From Octopus bimaculoides (lineage: Eukaryota): DNA of 64,000 nucleotides. Every line of letters starts with the position of its first letter. Position 1 is the first letter of the stretch. The translations under genes were made by a program, and so were the position numbers. The notes below the pieces were generated by a model, which made no database searches, was not told where the DNA came from, and saw nothing but the letters and a program-made list of their open reading frames with translations. The stretch lies in NCBI RefSeq assembly GCF_001194135.2, contig NC_068996.1, positions 50,588,821-50,652,820 on the forward strand. Reading direction: 5' to 3'. Shown here in pieces: positions 1-12,100 of the stretch.

Positions 1-178
1 TTTCCCCACCCCTTCGGAAAAAAATTTCCCCCAGAAATATCTTTATAATTGTAATTTGTGTCATTTGAACGGTTTTTCTATAAAATTTCATCAATATATA
101 TATACCCATTTTCCTGGAAGTTACAAGGCGAAAATCGAATCTTGCGAATTTTCCAAAAGTCCTCTCTCCATCCCCACG

Positions 179-283
179 TTCGTTTACGGAAACTTTTTTT
201 CGTATTTGTTTACGCAAACTTTTTTTCATATTTGTTTACGCAAACTTTTTTTCATATTTGTTTACGCAAACTTTTTTTCATAT
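179..283. repeat. 26-bp tandem minisatellite (TTTGTTTACGCAAACTTTTTTTCATA) x4
   Basis: Three identical units plus one diverged unit, read directly. Confidence 0.9.
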
Positions 284-884
284 TCTTTTACACCTAATAG
301 GCTGGGTTTCTTTTTGTTTTCGTTAAAGGGTCTCAAACTGTATATTAACCCTCATTTCTTCAAATATAATTTTCCTCTCATTTTTAGTACTTCATCTAGT
401 TCCCTTTCCTCTCTCAAGCATTTCAAAAGTTCTGACCGTGTTCTTTCTAAATCTTGAATCTTCGTTTTCATCTCAGCTTTTAACTTTTACATTTTTTTCC
501 TTTTGCTCTCTTATGCATTCTAAAACTATAGAGTGTTTTTTTTTCTAAATTTTGAAAATCGATTTCTCTTTCATCATCTAGCTTTTTATATATTTCTTTC
601 TTCACTTTTATTCTAGAAGGGTTGAACATGTTCTTTGCAAATCTAAAAAAAAAAAATAATTTTCTCCTCCTCGCTTTGCTCTCCACATTGTAGGTCTACA
701 CGTCTCCTATGTCTTAAGATTTTTGAACATGTTCTCTTCCACTTTACCAAATGTCTATAGGACTACCGATAAGACATTTTCGTCTGTGTCTAAAACTGCA
801 ATAACTACCACAGAAATTCCATTAATGGAAAAAAACCCATTACTTTTATACATAAAAATATGAAAATACACACACACAAACACA

Positions 885-1046
885 TCTATCTACCTTTCTG
901 TCTATCTATCTATCTGTCTATCTATCTTTCTGTCTATCTGTCTGTCTATCTANNNNNNNNNNNNNNNNNNNATCTATCTACCTTTCTGTCTATCTATCTA
1001 TCTGTCTATCTATCTTTCTGTCTATCTGTCTGTCTATCTATCTATG
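885..1046. repeat. (TCTA/TCTG)n microsatellite, interrupted by an N gap
   Basis: Read directly. Confidence 0.95.
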
Positions 1047-1110
1047 AGAGAGAGAGATAGAGCGCATGAGTGTAAGTAAAGGAAGAAAAGAAAGCGAAAG
1101 AACGGGAGAT

Positions 1111-1353
1111 GAGAGAGAGAGATAGATTAATAGAGTTGTTTTGTATTAGTCCATTCCTCACGCACTCCTCTTGACGAAAGAAGGGGAGGAGAGAGATAAA
1201 TAGAGAGAGTTATTCTCTATTAGTTTATTCCTCACGCTCTCCTCTTGCTGCTGCTTTTGTGTTTTGTTCAACACGACGTTCACTTAGTGCTGTCCTCAAA
1301 GCAAACTTCGGCGTTGTTGGTTCAAATTAAGCTTCTCAACACCTTAAGCAATC
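1111..1353 (+). promoter_or_regulatory. MDH1 proximal promoter and 5' UTR region with a duplicated 30-bp core
   Basis: Immediately upstream of the ATG exon. Contains GA tracts and TATTAGTnnATTCCTCACGCwCTCCTCTTG at 1144-1173 and 1218-1247. Confidence 0.55.
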
Positions 1354-1356
1354 ATG
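1354..1356 (+). CDS. MDH1: MDH1 coding exon 1 (ATG only)
   Basis: AAGCAATCATG|GTAAGT is an initiator ATG directly followed by a consensus donor, as recalled for vertebrate MDH1. Exon 2 has no Met of its own and starts in phase 0. Confidence 0.8.
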
Positions 1357-1432
1357 GTAAGTATTTTCTGTGCTTATATATATATAGGTCTACATGGACA
1401 TATATATATATATATATATATATGTCTGTGTG

Positions 1433-1470
<38 letters not shown>

Positions 1471-3103
1471 AATATTTATATATATATATATATACATTCT
1501 CACTTAGGTTATCGTGTTTTACTAGTGTAATCATATCGAACTATCTTGTCATATATACCTACTTTTCGTTAATTATATTGCAGTATTACTTTACGTTCAC
1601 TATATGCTTTGATCACAGTCGCTTTCATATGTGGGGTTGTTTTTGAATAACAAATTGCAACCGCTACTCTGGTATATTCCTGCTTCTCTAGTTTGACCTT
1701 CACTGTATGTTACATTCAAAGTATATTTATATACATAATGGCATTTTTAATATTAAACCAACTTATGTTTCGCTTTCTAGTTTTTTATTCACTTAAAAAA
1801 AATGTGTTGGTTGCATATCCATATTTTCATAGTTTATAGTATATATATATATTATATATACTCGTCCTTGTAATTGTGAGCAATCGTTCATTATGTTACA
1901 CACATCTTTAAGAAGATTCACATCGTTTCGCTTAGTTTTGGTATTTTCTCTTGGAGTAAACTGTTTATGTCGAAGCAGTTTACTTTTTGAGGTCCTGCAT
2001 TAGCAACGTCTCTCAGGTCTTTTGACCCTTCAACCCCATTAGAATATGTTCGTTTTGTACTAAACTATCTGTTGTATCTTTACATTTTTTTTAGATCACT
2101 GGGTGTGATTTGAGAGATTTAGCTGTTATTTCTAAAATATTAAGCGACCATGTCGATACTCCCTCACGGACATGTGATATAATCATTCTTTTGATATAAT
2201 TCTGCAAGACTGGAAGGAATAATAATGGGTTGATATACTACCCCAGCTTTGTTTCTTTTACAACTTTATAATGCATGTTTTTAAATGGCATTTTGCAGTA
2301 TTACGTTTTTGGGAGTGTAGATGACAATTATGTTAAAATTAAAACAAAAGGATTCTTTGAAGGAGTTTCCTAAGGTTTTCCTCTCGGGCTCCGACCTAAT
2401 TGCCACCAAATTTCCTGGCATTAGAACTTTTCACTACCTATATATATATATATATATATATATGATTTATACATTAGAAACAGCATTATGAAATCTACTC
2501 TTAAAAGACGTGTATCTGCAAAATGTCATATATAAAATATGTAGTTTTAACGATACTTATGAAGAAACAAAGACGAGAAGAGGGAGGAACGATTCAAATC
2601 TCATTAAAAACAAGTAGAAAAAAACCTTTAATGTTATCAACATAATCGTAATGTACACTTTCGAAGTGTATTATCGTGTAATTTCATTAAAAATTATGCA
2701 TTTTCCAGAAGGCTATTAGGAAACAGCACGGGTGAGGAAACCAAGATATGGTTATATTACTGTAAATTTGTGATTATTTAATTATTTTCACTGTTATATT
2801 ACGACACTAAAGATAATTGAAATAATTTAAAACACCTGTTTTACTTTTCTGTAGCTTAATTAGACTGTATAGATGTTGAGAGTTCAAGTAACTAGGGTAA
2901 GGGCAATGTTCGAATTAATCCCAACTCTTTTCTGTTATTGAAGTTTTGGTGTGTTGGCAATAAAATAAGTATGAAAAGCTGTTAAGCTATATATAACCTT
3001 GACCTCTATGTAAACTTGAAGGGCGGAAATAGGAGACGGACGAAGTGGCGGTACCCTACAAGGTGTTGCTTAGTCTCTGTGTGTGTGTGTGTGNNNNNNN
3101 NNN

Positions 3104-3138
<35 letters not shown>

Positions 3139-6100
3139 GTTACTGCATATTGAAGAGTGTATTTTCGACTGATTTTCATTAATAATAAAAGTATGACTTA
3201 GTTTTTTATGTTGTAAGGTACATGGCCGATCGCTCCTATCCCTTAGAGGATTATCACTGTATCAATGGATTAAACAAAATAGAAAAAGACGGTATTTAAC
3301 GATCAAATTAGCGTCAACAATCTAATATTCACTCAAGGGGTTGTTATATTTCAAAAATATTGTTACTCTGAGATTTGAAGAAAGAAAAGATTTCGTAATT
3401 ATTGTCCTTGGATAAGATTTTGTAATTTATGTGAATTGAAAGACAGGCGGTATGGGAATGTGGGTAAGAATAGAGTTAGCAATAACTTTTATTTAATTTG
3501 GAAATTTGGGGGAGATGCAAAAATTCGATCTTAGCCCAAATAACTGTAGTTTAGGCCAGGTGATTTAAGGCTATTCACTTTATTTATTCATTTATTTTGT
3601 ATGTATTTTTGTAAGCGTCATTAGTTACAGGCTTACATCGGACCAATCGTTGCTTTACGACAATATCTGATGGTGTGGTGTAACAGGGGTGTATGTATGC
3701 AGCTCGGGTGGAACAAATAGCGGAAGGTACCAATCACTGTTTTTATTGGATTTCTCGCTCGTTGAAAGATTAATAACATCTTCAATGATTTTTGCAAACA
3801 TGCAACGAAGTTGTAGTGATATATAACAGCTAACGCAATTAAAGAAGCCCATCGTTTGAGTGTGTGCGTGTGTTTGCTCGTGCGCGCGCATAGTGTATAT
3901 ATGTTGCACCTCACCACCAACCGGTGTTGATTTGTTTACATCCCCGTAACGTAGCTATTCGGCGAAAATACGTAATAGATAAAACGAAAGATAGCCGATT
4001 AAGTACCAGATTTTAAAATAGAAGTGTTGGAATCAATTTGGCGGAGGTAAAGAGTACGCACACCACCCGTTTTCGGCGAAACCCTAACCCTAAACACCGG
4101 GTGTGCGTATTCTTTACCTTCGCCATCAATCTATTCGGCTAAAACCATTGAGGGCGACGTCTCAGCATCGCCGCAGCCTAATTACTGAAACATGAGAGAT
4201 GAGTGTGTCTGTGTGCGTGTGCTTGCTTCCCATCCACATGGTTTCTCGGCTTCAGTCCCACTGCATGGCACCTCTAGCAAACGTCATGTATATTCTCAGG
4301 CCGACCAAATCCATGAGTGAATTTGGTAGACGGAAACTGAAAGAATATTTTCGCAATCGTGTGTGTGTTTGTGTATTTGCTAGTCCTCCACCACCGCTTG
4401 ACAACCGATATTGGTTTGTTTACACCCCTGTAGCAGCGGTTCGGCCAAGAGAAACCGAGAATAAGTATCGGGCTTTAAAATATTGTGAAAACCTACTAGT
4501 CGGTGCCCCAGCACGGTTACAGTCCAATGACTAAAAGAAGTCAAAGATGAGATACATGTTATGTTATTTCAAATTTTTTTCATTGTATTGGGGCGAGACA
4601 GAATGAGTAAGAGTTACTGCATTTTTGATTTCTTACTAAATTCTCTACTGTACAAAAACTATACCAACTAAGAAAAAGACCTTCCCTATATGCATTAAAA
4701 ACACCATAACATATTCAGAACCCTATTTCAGAAAATCACGGTTCTCTATGAGAATTAAAAGACAAATTTAGCTGGGGCAAAATGAGTAAGATAAGATAAG
4801 GTTAATTTGCCACTTGAGTTCTCCAGAATTACATTTGAATAAGGACCCACACATCAATATCCATCCTTAGACAGAAAGATGAGAAATGCAACGAAAATTT
4901 AAAATATCTAGGTCAAATGAAAGGTCATGGAAAAATGGCACATGATATGAAATTAACTAAACTCGACTAAATCTAAAGATCTACATGAGTGGATCTCTTC
5001 TGATTATTTACGCACAATGCATTTAAAAAGAAAAAATTGAAATCAGTCATTACTCATTTTGCCCCAGTTTAGACTAATTTCCTTTTTTAAATATTGAAAA
5101 TTATCAAATTAGACGTTAGTGTGGGGAGAAAAAAAGAAGAATATTGATTGTTAAACACCCAAAATTTTCCAGATATTTTATTAGCAACCTCAGTTACAAT
5201 CGGGTAAAAGTTGAGGAACAATTTCTTGAAAAAAAAGTACCTGTTGTCTGACAATATTTCAAACTCAGTTTCAGCTATACTGACCAATTTTTACTCCGAA
5301 AAACGATGTTAGTGTACAAAACGATGATGCAATACTCGCAATGTATAGCTTCAAGCAAATAAGGAAAAACGAAAAATCAGAAATTACTCATTTTGCTCCA
5401 TCCTCTTTTACAAATCGTGTATTGACAGTTAAGTGGCTTCAACGTGTCACTTTCTAATCAGTAAACACGGAGATAGGGGAATCAATAATGAGATATTCAC
5501 ACGTACAATATCTAGTCATTCGGACATACCATCGTCAGATGGCTGCTTAGACTGGGCAAGAAAGTTTGTATTCAATCGTCTAGTGCAGTGGTTCCCAATC
5601 TGTGGCCCGCAAAGGTAGTACTGAGGGTCTGTGAACTAAATTCAAAGTTTCACATAAGGATTAGCATATTAAAAGGGGTCCGTGAGAAAACTCATTTCAA
5701 TAAAAGGGGTCATTGGTAGTGAAAAGGTTCGGAACAACTGGTCTTGTGCACAGAAAGACTTTTCTTTCCATCACCTTCGATATTTCAGACATTTTAATGC
5801 TTTCAAAGGAGGAGGATCGGAGGGCGAAGGTTAAGAATACACACACACACACCACCCGTTTTCGCCGAAAACGGGTGGTGTGCGTATTCTTTATCTCCGC
5901 TGGTCGGAGTGCAACTCATTTCATTACTTTCGAGACTAGTTGTACGAGTATCTTCAGATGGGAACCTGACCCGAATACTTGCAACAAAGTGGGACTTTTC
6001 TAAAGGTATCCAAGGACGAAGTCGTGGTATTATATGGGTTGATGGGTTAAGTGTGATTTTGATATAGCTTGGCTGCTATTTCTGTTAAGTCGATCGAACG

Positions 6101-9100
6101 CGAGGTGGCTCTGCAATTGTAAATCAACGTGTCAATGTTTCTCATCGGTAGGTGATATGGGTTACTAGTTATGAAAAGCGGATTCTCACGTATAAGTCAG
6201 TTACCTCGCGCCCTAGAAGGAAAGTAAAATAGCAACCTTCGCCCATGCTCTTGCATAATAACATTGTATAAATAGACTGATTTGAGAACATAGTCTTCAT
6301 ATTTTTAAGGGAGATAACTTGGACATAGAACTAAATGTAATTGTTTGATCTGCTAGAAATAACAGCCAAATCTCATTCAACAGCTTTAAGAAGCCTACCA
6401 ACACCATAGATAATATCCTCTATATCCATAGTCATATCCTCTCTCCCTCATAAAAATCTGCAAGGCCATGGCTGGAATGCTCTACATATATAAGCCCTCT
6501 TGCGCTTAGCTGATTTGGAATTAACAAACTATCGCGGTCTACATCAGCAGTTTTCAACTGAGGTCCACATAAGTTTTTGTTAAACTTTATGTATAAAAGT
6601 TATATTCAGCAAACGGATAGGTGTCCTTCGTCAAATATAATTTTTAGCTTTTACTTCAGTCAATTGAATTGTTTCTCTATTATATGCTTTAACCAAGGCG
6701 GCGAAATGCTTAGCAGTATTTCGTTTGTTTTTACGTTCGACTTTACCTTTCATCCTTTCGGAGTCGATAAATTAAATACCAGTTGCGTACTGGGGTCGAT
6801 CTAATCGACTGGCCCCCTCCCCCAAAATTTTAGGCCTTGTGCCTAGAGTAGGAAAGGTTATATATTTAAACCATTTTGTTACCATATTTCTGTTGAGATG
6901 CTCTGTGTTTCTTTCAATTAATTTTAAATATAACAAAGAATTTAGTAAAATAACTTAGTTATCATTAAGCTAGTGTTAGGAACATAAATTGTGACTAAGG
7001 TTTAGTAGTAAGTTTTAATTCAGAACTTATGAAAACAAGACAATTGTACTACAGAGCCAGAAGCAGTTTCAGCTGGGTTGTTATCAAAAGGGTTAAGAAT
7101 TGCTTCTCTATTATATATTTTAAGTGGTTTTTGTGATGAATTGGAGAATACTGGTTCTTATCAAAGTCAAGTGCCCAATTTTCTCTTCCAACTTTTTTTT
7201 TAATCATTTTGGGCTGTTTCCAGCTGATTTATCCAGTTTTCTTTCCTACCAAACGTGTGTGTGGGTGGGGTGGGAGAGTATATTGAGTAACCAGAATTAG
7301 AATGTTCAGTATTCCATCTTCTCCCCCCTTCCCCTCTTTCTTTGGCATTAAAGGAGGAGTTTAAAGGATATTTGGCAGTTTTTTGCTAGCAGATTGGTTG
7401 ATTATATAGATTCTCTCTAGGATCATGATTCCAAATATGTAGATTAAAAGTAGCACTTAGCAGATCCATTAACAATACCAAAGAATGTTAGATAGAATCG
7501 ACCTAGTTGCTTGAACTTTTCATCACTCGACTTTCTGCTGGATTAGTTTATTATCTTCAGATTTTTTCTAAAGGATCATTAATTTTCTGTTAAAATAAAG
7601 TATGTTTTATTTATTTTTAAAAAATTTTGAAAAAAAAGCCTGCTCATATCTGTCTTCATTTAAATATGTTGGTGCCATGTAAAAATCACTCTGTACACTC
7701 TCTGAAGTGATTGGTGTTAGAAAATGGACATTCAGCCTGGCAAAGCAGACTATTGGAGCCAGGTGTAGCTCTCTGGCTCGCCAGCTCCTGTTGAACCATC
7801 CAACCCATGCTAGCATGAACAAGCAGACTTTGAATGATGACAATGATGATGATTAGTAAAAAATGCTTTTAAGTATCCAATATGCTATGCACAAATACTT
7901 CTTTGATATTCACCTATGTCTCTAGGTGACATAGTAATTAGTAAAGAAAGCATATCATCATCATCATTTTAATGTCCACCTTCCATGCTAGCATGGGTGG
8001 GACAACCAGACTTCTGTGACTGTTTTGGCAGGATCTTTACAGCAGGATGCCCTTCCGACACCAATCACTCAGCAGAGTGGACTGGATGCTTTTTTCAGTG
8101 GCACCTGCAGTGACAGGGTCACCAGGTACATGCAAGACAAAAAGGAAGCATTGGAGGAGGTGATGATGAAAAGGTTATAGTGAGACAGATACAGGTGTCT
8201 TGTTGTAGAGGAAGTACAAGGTTACCTAGAGAAAGATAGGAATGAAGACAGAAACAGGTGTGCTACTGCAAAGGTACTACACAGTTACCCAACCTGAGGG
8301 AAATGCAGGAGAAGGAGAGAGAGAGTGGGAGACAGCAGGATAGAGATGGTGGCAAAATGCCGGGCATACTCACAAGGGGATCAGAGTATAAATGAGATGG
8401 TTGAGTAATGATGATATAAATACTGTTAAGAACATTTAAAAATACCATATTGTAAAACATAAATAACCAGAAATATATTAGTTCTCTATTCATATCATAC
8501 CTTACTGTCTTGTGAAAAGCAAGGGCACATACACTGGATAATATGATTTGTGAGATACTTCTAAATTGATAGTATAGCCTTGATTATAGGCCTGCTGTGT
8601 CGGGGCTCACTTGGAGTTAACAATTACTGGCATATAAAAAGCTGGGCAATAATAGTAGTAAAGAAGAGGAAATCAACATGTCCAAACTAGTGCACTGCAT
8701 AATAAATCATAAGATTTGGATGTTCAGTATCCCTTTCAGCTTTGGGGAACAATGTATCAGTGAACTACATCTAGAAGATCGAATCTGAAGTAACTACATC
8801 TAGTTTTTCAACCTACAACTGATGTGTGATAATACAGGCTTACATATATAAGAGCAAACTTGATGGTAGTATAAACACAATGCTCGAATGTCACTGTACT
8901 CCAGTATGTTGTACACCAGAAAGCATTGTGTGTTTGGTTCTCAGCTAAGCTCACTCAAGGTTGATTGGTCCTATACCATAGCAACCAAATTGTCTTGGGT
9001 ACTGAAAATTTCAAAATAGAAGGTGCATTTTTTATGTGAAGGCCATTTATTGCTTCAGTATTTTGAAGGTGATGGAAATTTATTGTATGTTCCACCTACA

Positions 9101-12100
9101 TAATATTTCTATGTATTGATTTTCAATATGTACCTATAAACTGTATTAGTCTGACTTGTATTTCTTTTGATCAATGTGTATACTTTTCGCAAGTTTTTTT
9201 TTAACCTATAGGTGAATTGAATCTACTAAAAATTACAATAGTTTGTTTGCAAAATTCTTGATGTGAACTTGTGCTGAAATGGATTTTGTTGTATCTCACT
9301 AGGGTCATTATGCCAGTAATAAACACATGCATCAGTTACATATACCACAAGGCATTGTTTCATTTATGGTGTCCATCTTGCCAATTTTTCTAGCTGATTG
9401 TTCAGCAGTTTCCAGAGAGAATTTTTATTTATTACCTCCACTTCTGTGAAGGTGGAACTGAAAAAGTCAATGTGGGTTTGATTGAAGAGCAAAATGTCTG
9501 TCTTCAGTCCTTTCAACCTCATCCACCACACTACCTCTTTTGCTTTGGCCACCAGACAGAGGAAAACTGTCTTCCCTTTCCAGTTAAAAGAAGGCGGTGG
9601 GGTGATCATCATGATGGATTTGGCTGATAACTGGATCTGTCCTACACACGTCAACAGCTGTTCAATAAAACGCCATAAATTAGCAATGCTTGGACACTGG
9701 ACAAGTGCTTACAGAACAGTTTCATTGACCTGTGTACCACATCTCAGACAGATCCATCTGACTGCAGTTACATACCTGTAGAGCTTGTCTCAAACTGGCA
9801 GAGTTCCCCGGTAACATTGCCAGGCCAGGGATTTCTGAAAATTATCTATAGACCTTGTTTCAAATGTTCTCTGGAAAAGACTAGTAAATTGATCCCTCCC
9901 TGTGTCCAGAGTTTTCCCCAAGGATTTCATCACTCTTGTCTGTCACTAATCCACTATAGAACTCCAATATGGATCTTCCACTGACTGTATTGTCTAACTG
10001 GCAGAGAGCTGTGAGCGCTTGCCAACACCCCAGATGCCAAGCACACCTTCTCAGTCTACACTTGATCCAGGAGTGTAATTTTGTCAATGAGATGAGCTGC
10101 TGAAAATCCTGTCTGACAAACAGTGACCTCACCTGCTCACCACCAAGGAAGCACTGAAGATGTCGCAGCCTCAGTGCATGTCTGTGCATCATTAATCATG
10201 AAAGCTCAGTCACCCACTCAGTGGCTGCTAACAGCAGATGGATTGGCTGATGAGCAGAACACATCGCTTTCCACAGAAAGTGAATGAGCAAGCACTTCAG
10301 TTTGATCAGCCATGAAGCAGGGTGGGGGATGGTGGTCAGGCAGTAGTAGATGACTGAAGCAATGTATGCATTCACCACCTCTGTCCATTTCTGGTTGAGA
10401 CAGGCCATCCTTCCCATCACCCCACCTCCTCAGTTCTTGTCCACCTGGAGGACTGGATTGAACCAGACCCTGAACAACTTAACCCTTTTATCATCTAGTG
10501 CACTATAGTGCTGTTGGACAACATGGACCTGTCTCTCCAGGTGCCGAATTGCGGGCCCACCAACTTCTGGTTAATCTTTGTCTCTGTTTTGTACTCCCTT
10601 AAGTTAGTGCCGATCACCTTGATTTCCAAGATGTCCAACACTATTATGGTGATGTTGTCCACATAAGCCTACACAAACCTGCTGTATCCTAGTTCATGTG
10701 AGATGCCTCTTGAAACATTCAACTTCTGTAGCAATGACTCCATAGCCAGCTCATACAGCAGGGGTGAGAGTGAGCATCCTTGATGGAGTTAGCATGTGAT
10801 ACTAAAGGATTTCAATAGGTGGCCATTTATTTTGACCCTTATATGGATGTCACTGTACATCGCAGTGATCCAGCATCTGAAAATGGGACTGAAACTGGCT
10901 GCTGCAAGGATAGCCTTTAAGTATTGGTGGTTGACCCTATCAAAAGCTTGATCAGGGCCCGCCCATGCCAGGTTTCTTACTAACCCTCTCAATAAATGTA
11001 ATGCATGAGGTGTAAGTTGTGGATAGACCTGTTTGGGATGGCGCATATCTGTTTGTCACTGACCCAGTAATCTTGATCTGTGGTGCACAACTTTATTTTC
11101 TTGAGAGTTGATATGTAAAGTAAGATGAAGTTAACTAATGTAAGAATTCAAAGATTTCTCATGTATGAGATTTTTGTTACAACTACTGAACTGTAGAAAT
11201 GCTACTGATGCAGCAGAAATACTTATTTGGCAATGCCACCACTGCTGCTGATAAATTTCTGTGTTTTTTAACACTATATGTCTAGAAAATATGAATACTG
11301 TAAGCTTTCAGCGATCTGTCTACTTTAAGTATTATACTCAGATTACTATTTTGAATACTGCTTTTGTCATTCATAATAAATGTAATAATGTTCTTGTTAA
11401 TGTATATTTGTTTATCTTTTTTAATTTTTCCTTATATTATTTTCTATGATGACCTGTTTTATTTGAATCTATTCTGTAAATCATTTTTCTATTATACTTT
11501 TTTTGTGAATGAGTAATGGGTGTTGAGTGGAGAGAAAATCATGTCTGCATGTATGTGTGTTTGTGTGTGTATGTATAGTGTGTGTGTCTAGGAAATTACT
11601 ATTCCTTTTCTTGAGCACTTCATCTTACTTCCACAATAATGCTTCTTTTCCAGAGAATTGGGTTAATAATATACAATGTCTCAATTATCCTGTTGAATCT
11701 CATAGAAGCTGCATTACATGTCTGTTTTATTGCCTTTGTTGCTTTTATAGCTTAAGATGTAATGTTTTTGTCTTGAAGTCCTTCAGTGTAGAGTATCTGT
11801 TTCATGAAAGTTTATTGATGCTCTTTGTCACATTACCGATCTGACCTTGGCTTGTTTGTCATTGTACAGTTTATTGCTGGACTTTCAGGAAACCTCTTTC
11901 AATCAAATTTTAACAGAAATATTGGCTTTGCTTTTATGCTACCAATAAATTCCATATATACACTGTCATTTTGTATTCATGGCAAACTAGTAGAATCATT
12001 AGCACACTGGATAAAATGCTTGGTGGTATTTCTTCCGGCCCTTTACATTCTGAGTTCAAATCTTGCTGAAGCTGACTTTGCCTTTCATTCCTTTGGAGGT

